Source: Tannerellaceae bacterium
Lineage (GTDB): Bacteria > Bacteroidota > Bacteroidia > Bacteroidales > Tannerellaceae
Length of the DNA: 64,000 nt
Assembly: GCA_031259845.1 (NCBI GenBank)
Contig: JAIRKZ010000100.1
Span: 809 to 64,808, forward strand
Direction: 5' to 3'
The notes under the pieces are model-generated. The model searched no databases, was not told the origin of the DNA, and worked only from the letters and a program-made list of their open reading frames with translations. Position numbers and translations under genes: made by a program. Within the stretch, counting starts at the first letter, position 1; the number at the start of each line of letters is the position of its first letter. Positions 10,434 through 21,455 of this stretch are shown in pieces.

Positions 10434-10450
10434 CTGGCATACTTGTTGAA
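10434..10450 (+). promoter_or_regulatory. putative sigma-54 (-24/-12) promoter of the nitrogenase Fe-protein gene
   Basis: CTGGCATACTTGTTGAA vs consensus YTGGCACGRNNNTTGCW; correct GG-N10-G spacing, A at the -12 C; ends 37 bp before the ATG. Confidence 0.6.
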
Positions 10451-10484
10451 TTATTGATTGCATCAAGTATAAACTAAATGGTAA

Positions 10485-11241
<757 letters not shown>

Positions 11242-11256
11242 AAATATCTAAATCGT

Positions 11257-12465
11257 TTATACTTTTATTTTAATTTTAAACCGTTCTAATAATGTCGTCA
11301 CTCCTATACATAAAAAGGAAAAGATCGTGCATTTAATTAATCCAAACCCTCCTTCTTTCATCCAGCCCGGCAATGAAATATGTAGAAATCCAAAGAATAT
11401 GCTATAAAGAACATACGGAACAAGATAACAAGTAAGCGTGCTCGTACCGGCAGGCTTAATGATATTGAACCACGAAGCCTTCCCTTTAGATACCGCCCAC
11501 AGGATCAATCCATAACTGCCTATTGCCGCTGCCGAACAATACAATACCCATGGGGGGGTAGCCCGGTTTTTGGAAATAATCCAGAAATCATTAGAGATAG
11601 CAGCGGCAATTATCAAAATAGCCATGAACGAAACGATATACATAACTTTTTTTCGCGTGGAAACATCTGAATATTTGACTATAATAAGCGAGAACAGTAT
11701 ACCTCCCAAGGTAAACGCCACATGGGCCCCGGATCCTATATTGACTATATTTAACAAGTTAATAAGAAAACTCTCTCTCGGGATCAGTTGGCTACTTTGT
11801 ACCATGCACAATAGGATAAAGCCCACCCAGAAAAAGAATATTCGCGGGATACTGTCACGAACAAATAAATAAATGAAACTGCAAACTAAGTAAGTCCACC
11901 CGATTAATCCCAATATACCCCACCAACGTATTTGTAGAATTCCCCCTTTTGCATCGCGGAAAATCAACGCCAAATAAATGAGTATTAAGACACCAAGAAC
12001 CTGTAAAGCGGTATATAAATGACGGATGGGCTTTTCCGTCTTCGGATATGCATTCCAAATCATTAAAAATGCTGTTACCATCAATACCCCGAAGAGAGCA
12101 CTGCTCATCTGGATATCACGTGAAAGACCATACTCGGAATTCACCGTAAAGATACCCATAATCAACAAAGCGAATGTCCGCGTCAGGATATGCGAAACCG
12201 TGCTGAGCTCTGAAAAACCTTTGCTAAACCTCCGCTCGATGGCGTAAGGGATAGACATTCCCACTACAAAAAGAAAAAGAGGAAAAACCACATCCGCCAA
12301 ACCAAGGAAGTTTTCATTGGTTTTGGCATGATGTATCCAATGGGGCACACCTTTCACAGTCCAAAAGTCATTCACGAAAATCATCAACAACATGGTCAAT
12401 GCCCTTAAAATGTCAATGGCTGCATTGCGTTGTGTAAAATCAAAATCCTTTTTTAATGTAACCAT
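11257..12465 (-). CDS. DUF5009 / heparan-alpha-glucosaminide N-acetyltransferase (HGSNAT/NagX)-like polytopic membrane protein
   Basis: RNAAIDILRALTMLLMIFVND, W..HA, GLADVVFPLFLFVVGMSIP, WGILGLIG, ISKNRATP; about 10-11 TM helices. Confidence 0.85.
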   Translation of the reverse strand: MVTLKKDFDFTQRNAAIDILRALTMLLMIFVNDFWTVKGVPHWIHHAKTNENFLGLADVVFPLFLFVVGMSIPYAIERRFSKGFSELSTVSHILTRTFALLIMGIFTVNSEYGLSRDIQMSSALFGVLMVTAFLMIWNAYPKTEKPIRHLYTALQVLGVLILIYLALIFRDAKGGILQIRWWGILGLIGWTYLVCSFIYLFVRDSIPRIFFFWVGFILLCMVQSSQLIPRESFLINLLNIVNIGSGAHVAFTLGGILFSLIIVKYSDVSTRKKVMYIVSFMAILIIAAAISNDFWIISKNRATPPWVLYCSAAAIGSYGLILWAVSKGKASWFNIIKPAGTSTLTCYLVPYVLYSIFFGFLHISLPGWMKEGGFGLIKCTIFSFLCIGVTTLLERFKIKIKV

Positions 12466-12485
12466 AATATTTTGATTTTAGGAGG

Positions 12486-14978
12486 TTAAAACTCAGCAAT
12501 CAATGAGAACCATTTTCCGGCAGGCACTCCAAATACTTCCTTGTAAACAGCGGTATTATTCTGAGGCCAATACGGCACATCTTCATTAAACCGCGTTTGT
12601 ATTCCTAAAGGAATCTGCCCAACGACATCTCCTGGCAATGCATTATATTGCTGCATATAATTATGACCTTCGCCCCATATTAACGACTGACCAAATGGAT
12701 TTTTACCGACAATCCAGAATAATTGTTGTTCAGCAATATTCATCAGTTCTTTATCATTTAAATATTTGGCGCACAAAGCTGCCGCTTTTCCCTGAGCGAG
12801 GAGAACAGCGTTATTACCTTTAAATGAAAACCACACAGGAAAAGCTCTTAAATAATGTCCATCATTGTCTAATTTGAACCCATTTTTCAACATTGCCTTA
12901 TAGTCATCCGTCCGACTACCAAACCTGCCATACAATGCATTGAAAGCTAACGAATCAGACACCTCATTGAGATTGTAAACACCGCTTGGTATCATGCCGT
13001 ATGGTGCTACATACTGCATTATTTTTTTCAAAAAATCGGCATAAAGATGAATGGAATTATCCCATTTTTTGTAATCAATATGGTTTGATTGTGTTTCGCA
13101 AAGTGCCATAATAGCTTCCATAAAAATCTGATCATACCCTTGATGGCTATAATTCAATGTCACTGTTTTATTTGTGTCACGATAAAAGAACCCGCTTATT
13201 CCGTCCTTATCACTTATAGGCTCTGTGCGTTGACAATCTAACACATACTTTATGTAATGAGCTGCTTTTTCGGCATAAAAAGGATCTTTGGTTAATTTGT
13301 AAAGCATGCTTGCCGCCCATGAAATAGTTGCCATGTACTGGACAGGCGGCATGCTTGAACGACTGCTGAACATGTCTTCTTCCTTAAACTCTTGTAAAGC
13401 ATACGCGAAATCTTCCTTTGCTACCTTTTCCAGGTTTTCACTGAGCATGATATCTCTTTCGATAGACATGGCGGCATAAGCTTCAATTGCGGAAAATTTA
13501 AAATTTTGATATGGGTTGTTGCCTGGTCGTATTTGTCGTCTGCCGGCATCGTCGATTGTGCCGATCAGACGGTCTGTCCATATATTGGTACCTACAAAAC
13601 CTCCAACCCTGACGCCGTTGCCCAAACGCCCCCTGAGAATATAATCCATTCCCCATAAAGCCTCTTCGAGCAAACGTAAATGTAAATCATTATTACCCTT
13701 TTGTTTCGCTCTGTTTGACATTTCAAACATTGAAAAGGCTATTTCTCCGGTCTGCATCGCATTTTGCGACATATCGGCGGCATCGTGCCATCCACCGTTA
13801 TGTACAAACAAATGCCCTTCAAATTCACCGTTGAGGTCAGTATGGCAAGTGCCCTTTTTCTCGGGTACAGGATAACCGCATCGCTGGGTGAACATGAAAT
13901 TCAACACGCGCCATACTGAATTGTCCCAGATATTGTGATGTATATAAAAAGGAGGAGTGCTAATATCGCCAACTTGAATCATAAATTGTCCTTCCTTTTT
14001 GAAGTCGCTGAATTCAATGGTTTCAAAAGTGCCAATGTGGGTTGTATCCGAGTTGACTTTCCCCTTAAAAACAGTCCTGTTGTTATTGTAGTCTACCAAT
14101 TTGAATGTGCCGTCGTGTTCGGAGATATTTACGATTGCCGATTTTTCGCTATCAACGCCGTATCCGGTAGTGGAATAAATTATCCTGTCTTTTGCCGGCC
14201 TCCAACCGCTTACTACCTCAGGATTCTCAACAACCAGCAACTGTACTTCATCAATATCGAACTGCAAGGAATCGCCCATCGCCAATTCCTTTCCGAAAGT
14301 CTCAATTTCAAAAATTATTCTGGTAACGCTGTCACGTGGCAGCTCGGTTATTTCCAAAAAGCATTCGTTCCACTGACGATTTTTCAGATTGACCTGATGA
14401 TAGCCCTCTCTTCCAAATTCATCAGGCACTTTGATTTTGCCATCGTTTTCAATATAAAAATTCATGCAAATGCTGCGGGCGCCTTCGCAATCGGGATAAA
14501 TGTAATATTTTACACGATTATAACTTTCCCAATTCACTCCTCCAAGTTCAAGTATTGCCCTTGAAGCGCCTAAGCCCAATCCCCAGTACGTATCACCTTC
14601 TCTGGGCATCCCTTGTATCCATGTGGTCGGGTGTATGCGGGTAGGAGCTATCAAACGCAAACTGTTGCTGTCCGAAATACTTCGTTCGGAGGTTTGCAAC
14701 ATGCGCCCGATACCCTTATGCACCCATGGACTAAGGTTTTCCATATCGCTAAGCATTTCGTTAACCAACACTTTCTTTGTAAGGCCGAAAGTCTCATACG
14801 CTTTACTGTAATCCAAGGGCAACGGACTATGTACCATTCCTGTATTGCGGATATCAGCTTGAAACTGCTCATCGTAATAGCTTTGAGAGGATTCTGATCC
14901 CCCGCAACATGATAACACAAGCATAACCCCAACAATACTGCTGAAAGATATGCATCTTAATACTAAATATCTGTCCAT
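12486..14978 (-). CDS. glycoside hydrolase family 9-like lipoprotein with N-terminal CBM-like and Ig-like domains
   Basis: QRCG, GGWHDAAD (variant of GH9 DAGD), WIVGKNPFGQSLIWGEG, PYWPQNNTAVYKEV. Confidence 0.75.
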   Translation of the reverse strand: MDRYLVLRCISFSSIVGVMLVLSCCGGSESSQSYYDEQFQADIRNTGMVHSPLPLDYSKAYETFGLTKKVLVNEMLSDMENLSPWVHKGIGRMLQTSERSISDSNSLRLIAPTRIHPTTWIQGMPREGDTYWGLGLGASRAILELGGVNWESYNRVKYYIYPDCEGARSICMNFYIENDGKIKVPDEFGREGYHQVNLKNRQWNECFLEITELPRDSVTRIIFEIETFGKELAMGDSLQFDIDEVQLLVVENPEVVSGWRPAKDRIIYSTTGYGVDSEKSAIVNISEHDGTFKLVDYNNNRTVFKGKVNSDTTHIGTFETIEFSDFKKEGQFMIQVGDISTPPFYIHHNIWDNSVWRVLNFMFTQRCGYPVPEKKGTCHTDLNGEFEGHLFVHNGGWHDAADMSQNAMQTGEIAFSMFEMSNRAKQKGNNDLHLRLLEEALWGMDYILRGRLGNGVRVGGFVGTNIWTDRLIGTIDDAGRRQIRPGNNPYQNFKFSAIEAYAAMSIERDIMLSENLEKVAKEDFAYALQEFKEEDMFSSRSSMPPVQYMATISWAASMLYKLTKDPFYAEKAAHYIKYVLDCQRTEPISDKDGISGFFYRDTNKTVTLNYSHQGYDQIFMEAIMALCETQSNHIDYKKWDNSIHLYADFLKKIMQYVAPYGMIPSGVYNLNEVSDSLAFNALYGRFGSRTDDYKAMLKNGFKLDNDGHYLRAFPVWFSFKGNNAVLLAQGKAAALCAKYLNDKELMNIAEQQLFWIVGKNPFGQSLIWGEGHNYMQQYNALPGDVVGQIPLGIQTRFNEDVPYWPQNNTAVYKEVFGVPAGKWFSLIAEF

Positions 14979-15065
14979 AATAAATTAATTATTTGAGACG
15001 CGTTCTTTTTTCGTAAAACTTTAATAGTTTCAAATTTTTCGATTATACTCCTCGTTAATAAAGGA

Positions 15066-16502
15066 TTATTTAAGAGTATTTATCACCGCAAAAAACTCAC
15101 CGCGTTTCATCAACTTGTAAAGATCACCATTCGGATATTCAAATAGCAGATACTGCAAAGTTGCTTCTTTGAAAGAATTTACATGCCAACTTCCATATAC
15201 ATATACTCTTCCTTTGTCGTCAGCTGACATTGACATAATCATTCGTGCTGAACGGTCATCCTGATCAACAATCTCTCCATGATCTGTTATTGCATTGTGA
15301 TCAGCACCTTCCTCAAGAGAAATACTTCTCAAATGCAATTTTCTTTCAACATAGTCCTTACTTAAAGGATCAATTTCCCTTTCATCTTCCGAGAATAATA
15401 TTCTTTCGTCGTTTAAATCCTCATACTGAACAAAATATAATCTTTCCCCACCTACAGTTGTTTGAAAGTAATTTGAACCAATTGAAGCAACTTCCTGAAA
15501 AGCTTCACCTGTTTCAATTTTCTTTGTCGGATCAAATAGCCAAAGTCGCTCATCTCCTCCACCCAAAGCCCCCATTGTGAAATAACACTTTTCTCTTCCA
15601 GACAACGGTGATAACCATGTCCACGATCTTTGGCTTAAATTAAATTTATCTTCTACAGGTGTGCCATCGATCAATTTTCCTTTTGGTAAAACATCAACAT
15701 AAGTTTCAATCAAGCCTTTATCTGGTCTATAAACATAGAGATTTCCTTGATCGTTTTCATACTCATAGTGTTTTTTCCATAAAGTGAACCAGACGTTACC
15801 GTTATTATCAAGATAGAACCAAAATGAAGCAGCACGTCTTCCTTTGACCACTAATCCAATATCTTCCTTTTCTCCTGAAACCATATCTATACTATAGAGA
15901 TGACATCCGTCTGATTCATAAAGTTCAGAAAGAAATGGGACAACGAACACATATAATTTTTTCCTTACAGGATCAACATCAATAGCAGAATAAATTGAAT
16001 ATCTGGGTTTAACAATACCAAAATCTCTGAATTTACCGGAAGAAATTTCATAACCCAGAACATGAGCACCTGTATAACTTTCAATTCCTTCTTTCCAGTA
16101 ATTTGAGAGATGAGTTGTAAAATATAACCATCCATCACATTCAACAATTGGACTGTGAATTTTGCCTTGCTGGGAATCAGTTGATTCCTCTTTGCATACA
16201 ACTGTCATATCTTCTGCAATCAGAGTATGTTCATAGGTCTTAGGATTGAATTTATGAAACCCGGCGCCATGACCTTTTGAATGAGTTGAGGAAGAGAAAT
16301 AGCAATTCCCGTCAGAGGCTACTGTAATACCTTGCCATTGACCATCCCATTCTTTACATATCTTGTTCATGGAAATAGAATATATTTTATGTTCTTTCCC
16401 ATTGTTTGAATTCACCCGTGTCTCGGTAAGGGCTTCAGTGCAGGAACTTAATATGGTTAAAAAAGTTGCAATTTTAAAAATTACGGATATATTTTTGTTC
16501 AT
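15066..16502 (-). CDS. uncharacterised lipoprotein, probable beta-propeller
   Basis: Lipobox LSSC; repeated blade-like units (ITVASDGNCYF, VECDGWLYF, IDVDPVRKKLYVF, YLDNNGNVWF, MSADDKGRVYV). Confidence 0.7.
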   Translation of the reverse strand: MNKNISVIFKIATFLTILSSCTEALTETRVNSNNGKEHKIYSISMNKICKEWDGQWQGITVASDGNCYFSSSTHSKGHGAGFHKFNPKTYEHTLIAEDMTVVCKEESTDSQQGKIHSPIVECDGWLYFTTHLSNYWKEGIESYTGAHVLGYEISSGKFRDFGIVKPRYSIYSAIDVDPVRKKLYVFVVPFLSELYESDGCHLYSIDMVSGEKEDIGLVVKGRRAASFWFYLDNNGNVWFTLWKKHYEYENDQGNLYVYRPDKGLIETYVDVLPKGKLIDGTPVEDKFNLSQRSWTWLSPLSGREKCYFTMGALGGGDERLWLFDPTKKIETGEAFQEVASIGSNYFQTTVGGERLYFVQYEDLNDERILFSEDEREIDPLSKDYVERKLHLRSISLEEGADHNAITDHGEIVDQDDRSARMIMSMSADDKGRVYVYGSWHVNSFKEATLQYLLFEYPNGDLYKLMKRGEFFAVINTLK

Positions 16503-16579
16503 TTCTTTAACTTAATTGATTAATTGATTTTTATTCTTTTACCCCAGGTAGTTCAATGTTGGCTTCTACGTGGTAATAC

Positions 16580-19258
16580 TTATCGAGTGGTGATTAAATT
16601 TCTGTCGCGCAATTCCTTTAATCCTTTTTCCCATGATCCTGCCGACGCCCACATATAGTAGGAAAAATACGACGTTGTATTCAGGTACAATGGTAGCCAG
16701 GGTTGTAGCTCCGTATAAGGATAATGCGAGTCGCCATTAGAAGAAAGGTTAAACCACATGTGCAGATAGTAAGGCCGCCTGACGGGATAGGCCCCAACAA
16801 ACGAAATATTTTCCCTGGTATCGTAACCTGCATTCCACCCTTCTTTTAAGTTCAATATTTTACCATACATCCTCTCTGGGTTCATAACATACTCGTGTAT
16901 CCCATCTATCTCGGGAATTATATATTTGTCTTCGACTCCATGTGCCTTACCAAGCGACAAGATAGGCTGAGGACCGAGTACATTCATTTCGGGATTTATC
17001 ATATTCAGTGCAAAACGAATTTCGAGCAAAGGAGAATTACCATAAAGAGAAAATATTTTTTCAATTTTATTGCCATAAAAGTCGGCAGTCATTTTTATCT
17101 GCGCATAATCATCGTTCCCTTTAATTACGGTGGCATCGTATACTTTGTGTGTTTCAACACTGGCTTGCCCCAAAAAATCTTCAAAACCGCCGTAAGGATA
17201 AAATGCCCACAGCCTGTTCGGTCTGTCGAGGTCGTCAGGTTTTTCAGGCCACAACTTGAAGAATACATTGTCATTTTTTGCCTTTACAAAATATTCAATC
17301 ACTCTTGCGCCGGTAGTTAGTAACGTCACCCGTACATGATCGTTTTCCATCTGGTATTCGTTTATACCATCATTATTTAAATCAACCTCTTTCAGGGTTA
17401 CCGTACCCGCAATGTTATTAATGCCCAATTGTGTGAATGCGCTCACTCCCATTGCTTCGGTTTTCACAATATAATTGCCTTGATCTTGCTTTATATCAAA
17501 GTTTAATACTTTGTATGTGTCTTTATCGACCTGTATAGTTTGCTCGTCTGAATAAACCACCTTGGTTGAATCATCTTTTTCAGTCATTGTCAGTTTTACG
17601 GCAACCGTTTTATCATGGATAATATTATGAATGGTTACAGGAAACTGTAATCCGGATGAGGTCCCATATAACAGCTGATGTACCGAAATTGCCGGTGGAA
17701 GATTTAATGCCGCTACTGTTGACTTGGACGAATTATTCCAATCATATTGTACGACAACAGCATTAAGTTTTTCCATAGCTTCGGCGGAAGGATTGATTTC
17801 AAAAACAAGGTTTTTGGTACTGTTGGCAGGCAGTTGAAGCGATGTGGTTTGAGTCTGATTTTCTGATAACGATAATTGCCCGGGCAGTTTCACTACTAAT
17901 GTCCCATTGATAGCATGGGGATATAAATTACTAATCGTTACATGCAATTGATGCCCTTCAGTAACGACATTTATATTCACTTTGTCGCCAAAATACTCCT
18001 CAATATAATCCCTGTCGAGCAACAATAACTGCATCGCTTTTCGGAATAAATCGGGCCCCAATATGATTCCATCTTCTGCTACAGCCACTGCCCGTCTATC
18101 CATAATGGCCCCCCACATTTTTTTTCGATCAAATTGATCGCCCTTCCTGTTGAAAAGAATCATACTGTTGATGGTGCCATCCAATAGCCTGCCTGTACGA
18201 ATGACGAAGGGTTTATCTCCTTGATTGATTTGAATTGCATTGCCTACATTTACGAAATATCCGTCAAAATCCAAATCATCACCACCCCTGGTATTTGTAT
18301 TGGCAACATTCCGAAACAGATACCCATTTTTTTCTCTTGCAAATTTTAAATAATCACGTCCAGACATTAGCTGAACCTGTAAACCGTCATAATCATCGCA
18401 ACCGAATATTGACGAATATCCCATATCCGTTACAACAGGAATATTTGTCTCCTTTACACATTTTTCGATCTTGTCTTTTGCATAAAACTCGTATCCCCCA
18501 GCAAAAACAAACCATGAGTTTCCCTCATTCATTCCTTTACCAATCAGCTCAATAGGATTTCCGGGTGAGCAAGAAACGGTTTGGGTGCTCGTTTCAACGC
18601 TAAACCAGCCTCGTTCTAAATCGTATTCTTTCAGTACTTTTTCCGTATTGGCAAGTATGGTTTTAAATTGATTTAATTGTTCCTGTTTGCCAAGCACAAC
18701 ATACAATGTTTTTTTTCCATTCTTTAGAATAAAAGCATCCAACGTTGAATAATCTTCCGCCTTCATCTGGTGACTGTTCAGGTTTGAGGGTAAAAGATTG
18801 ACCTTGCTATTTAGCTTTTCTCCTGTTTCTGATGCACGATCGGCAAAAACGAGTATATCGTTTGCAGAACCAAGCGCCACCTGAAGTTCATCAACTGGCG
18901 GGTTGTCCAAAATCGTGTACGATGAGGTTGCCAATCCACTGAAAAAACCTTCCTGCATTTGCAATCCGGCAATTCCCATAGCTTCTGCTATATTTCTCTT
19001 CGATTGCAAGATATTTTTTTCCAAATCGGGAATGTTTATCTTGTAAAGATTCCCATACCGATACTGTTGTTGATAAACATCTTGCCAATGATTTGTGTAG
19101 CCATTGAATGCAAACGGGTTGGCTATAGCATTTTTACTGTTTTCAGCCGTGGAATTAAAACTGTCAAGGGAAGTTTTTGATGAGCAACCCATGATCAAAA
19201 GCGACATGGCGCCTAAAACGAGAGACTGTTTCATTAGAAAAGAAAACTTTTCGTTCAT
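16580..19258 (-). CDS. large uncharacterised multidomain lipoprotein (NEW3/Ig-like central domains, C-terminal beta-supersandwich)
   Basis: Lipobox IMGC; 892-aa ORF in operon; LHVTISN..GTLVVKLP Ig-like segment; VDLNNDGINEYQMENDHVRVTL opening a galactose-mutarotase-like C-terminal region. Confidence 0.65.
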   Translation of the reverse strand: MNEKFSFLMKQSLVLGAMSLLIMGCSSKTSLDSFNSTAENSKNAIANPFAFNGYTNHWQDVYQQQYRYGNLYKINIPDLEKNILQSKRNIAEAMGIAGLQMQEGFFSGLATSSYTILDNPPVDELQVALGSANDILVFADRASETGEKLNSKVNLLPSNLNSHQMKAEDYSTLDAFILKNGKKTLYVVLGKQEQLNQFKTILANTEKVLKEYDLERGWFSVETSTQTVSCSPGNPIELIGKGMNEGNSWFVFAGGYEFYAKDKIEKCVKETNIPVVTDMGYSSIFGCDDYDGLQVQLMSGRDYLKFAREKNGYLFRNVANTNTRGGDDLDFDGYFVNVGNAIQINQGDKPFVIRTGRLLDGTINSMILFNRKGDQFDRKKMWGAIMDRRAVAVAEDGIILGPDLFRKAMQLLLLDRDYIEEYFGDKVNINVVTEGHQLHVTISNLYPHAINGTLVVKLPGQLSLSENQTQTTSLQLPANSTKNLVFEINPSAEAMEKLNAVVVQYDWNNSSKSTVAALNLPPAISVHQLLYGTSSGLQFPVTIHNIIHDKTVAVKLTMTEKDDSTKVVYSDEQTIQVDKDTYKVLNFDIKQDQGNYIVKTEAMGVSAFTQLGINNIAGTVTLKEVDLNNDGINEYQMENDHVRVTLLTTGARVIEYFVKAKNDNVFFKLWPEKPDDLDRPNRLWAFYPYGGFEDFLGQASVETHKVYDATVIKGNDDYAQIKMTADFYGNKIEKIFSLYGNSPLLEIRFALNMINPEMNVLGPQPILSLGKAHGVEDKYIIPEIDGIHEYVMNPERMYGKILNLKEGWNAGYDTRENISFVGAYPVRRPYYLHMWFNLSSNGDSHYPYTELQPWLPLYLNTTSYFSYYMWASAGSWEKGLKELRDRNLITTR

Positions 19259-19271
19259 AATAAAAATTATT

Positions 19272-20234
19272 TTAATTATTGCTCCGTTTTTGATATTCTT
19301 TGTTTAAATCTTTAAATGGTTTATATGATATCCAGTCTATCTCTACTTCATAAGGATAAAGCGGTTTTTCGATTGAATTTGGCCTTGTCTCAACCGGCCA
19401 GTTGTTTGTATGCCAAAAATTGAACCTATAAAGTGTCGGGTTTGTTGGAATACCAGTGAAATTGGGGGTTGATCCCGAATAATCCCATAATATAATTTTC
19501 TCGTCCGTTGTGGGGTGTATTATCCACCAAACGAGATGATCGGGATACCAGTCGAAACCGTAAGTATAAAACCGTGCGGCAGCATTATAATTTTCAATAG
19601 CCTGAATTGTTTCCGGCTGATTTTGCAATCCCGTAAGAGGTTGGTTTCTGTTTCCCTCAGCCGCTGACTTGTATGAAGTATTGTAAATAATTCCCTTAGC
19701 CAAATTAATGGTTCTGCCTATCCTTTGCAGATTACCCCTGGAACCCGTCCATGTACCAATATATATTATTTCAGGGTCGGCAATCAGCCATTCCCAATCA
19801 ATTTCGCTCAAACCGTGAATATCATCCCTATGATATGTGAAATACCCCACTACTGCGCCGGCATCGGGCTGAACTTTTGTGACATCCGGAATTCTTAACC
19901 GCGCGGTATACATGCCAAAATGAGTGAAATTTTTCGATATAATTTCGGGACCGCGTCCAGCACCTGCAGGACCTTCAGGGTCAATTCTGTATAACATGAC
20001 CTTAGTCCCTTTTTCCGACATGGAAGAATTACCGGGAAAATAACGGAAATCTTCTTCCTCTATCCGGTTATCCCGCCTCTGGATAAAAAACTTTGAGGTT
20101 GGTTTATCAAAATTCTCAATAAACGGCCCTTGAAATTTGATTTTACCTGTCGGTTGAGGCGGTGTCTCTTGTGCTTGTAAATAACTTACCGTTAAAACGA
20201 TTGCCGATAAAACCATGAAAACCTTCTTGTTCAT
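19272..20234 (-). CDS. glycoside hydrolase family 16 protein (paralogue 3)
   Basis: Start moved to ATG 20234 (MNKKVFMVL, matches the paralogues); GAVVGYFTY, catalytic EIDWE, FYTYGFDWYP. Confidence 0.88.
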   Translation of the reverse strand: MNKKVFMVLSAIVLTVSYLQAQETPPQPTGKIKFQGPFIENFDKPTSKFFIQRRDNRIEEEDFRYFPGNSSMSEKGTKVMLYRIDPEGPAGAGRGPEIISKNFTHFGMYTARLRIPDVTKVQPDAGAVVGYFTYHRDDIHGLSEIDWEWLIADPEIIYIGTWTGSRGNLQRIGRTINLAKGIIYNTSYKSAAEGNRNQPLTGLQNQPETIQAIENYNAAARFYTYGFDWYPDHLVWWIIHPTTDEKIILWDYSGSTPNFTGIPTNPTLYRFNFWHTNNWPVETRPNSIEKPLYPYEVEIDWISYKPFKDLNKEYQKRSNN

Positions 20235-20386
20235 AAAAAATATAAATTTATGTGGTGTTGATGATAAAATGTTGTTGTGATAGGACTGAAAGCACAAAAG
20301 GTTTTTTGAAAGTTCTCTTTCGTGCTTTTGTATTCTCTTGTCACTAAAACACAAACACGACATTAGTTTGATTTATTCAATTATTT

Positions 20387-21415
20387 TTAGTTCCCGGTCG
20401 AAGTTGCACGCCGCTGTTGCCCTTGTTGTCGAACCAAGTTTGGGTTCAAATCTTCGAATGGCCTATATGACATCCAGTCTATCTCTAATTCATACGGATA
20501 ACGCGGTGCTTCGATAGAGTTTAGATTTGTTTCAACCGGCCAATTGTTTGTATGCCAGTAATTTAATCTATAACGAGTGTGGGCTACAGGAATACCGGTA
20601 GGTGCAGGCTGACCAGGAAAAACTGTTTTACCCTTATAATCCCATAAGATTATTTTCTCGTTTGTATCAGGATTGATAATCCACCATGTTAAACGATCGG
20701 GATACCAGTCAAAACCGTAGGTGTGAAATCGTGCGGAAGCATTGTAATTTTTAATGGGCGTAATCGTTTCCGGCTGATTCTGTTCTCCGGTAAACTGACC
20801 TTTCGTCTGAGCCTCGGTGGACCCTTCCGCCCCACGGGATTCTCCTCTGTAAGAAGTGCTGTAAATAATGCCTTTAGCCAGGTTTATAGTCCTTCCTACT
20901 CTGTTATGTGCAGGTCTTACGCCTGTCCATGTCCCGATATATATGATTTCAGGATCGGCTATCAGCCATTCATAATCAATTTCACTTTGTCCGAGAACAG
21001 TATCTATATTATATGTAAAATATCCGACTACTGCGCCAAGATTGGGTTGAACTTTTGTGACATCCGGCACTTTGATTCGTGCAGAGTAAGTGCCATAATA
21101 AGTATATTCCTTCGATATGATTTCAGGACCGCGTCCTGCGCCTGCAGGATCTTCAGGATCGAGCCTGTACATCATGATGTCAGTGCCTCTTTCCGATAGG
21201 GAAGGAATACCCGAATAATAACGAAAATCATAACCCGTACGTCTGATATTGTAATTAAAGAACTCTGACGTCGGTTTAGTAAAGTTTTCAATAAACGGCC
21301 CGTGATACGTGGCTTCGCTTTCCGCCCTCCTTTGTTGGCCTTGTTGAAGTTGGCCATGCATATAACTTACCATTAAAATGGCAGTTAACAAAACTAAAAA
21401 AATCTTCTTGTTCAT
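20387..21415 (-). CDS. glycoside hydrolase family 16 protein (paralogue 2)
   Basis: Signal peptide; GAVVGYFTY, EIDYE, FHTYGFDWYP, EIDWMSY. Confidence 0.88.
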   Translation of the reverse strand: MNKKIFLVLLTAILMVSYMHGQLQQGQQRRAESEATYHGPFIENFTKPTSEFFNYNIRRTGYDFRYYSGIPSLSERGTDIMMYRLDPEDPAGAGRGPEIISKEYTYYGTYSARIKVPDVTKVQPNLGAVVGYFTYNIDTVLGQSEIDYEWLIADPEIIYIGTWTGVRPAHNRVGRTINLAKGIIYSTSYRGESRGAEGSTEAQTKGQFTGEQNQPETITPIKNYNASARFHTYGFDWYPDRLTWWIINPDTNEKIILWDYKGKTVFPGQPAPTGIPVAHTRYRLNYWHTNNWPVETNLNSIEAPRYPYELEIDWMSYRPFEDLNPNLVRQQGQQRRATSTGN

Positions 21416-21455
21416 GATAAAAAAATTAAATTACATGTTTGGTTATATCTAATAT

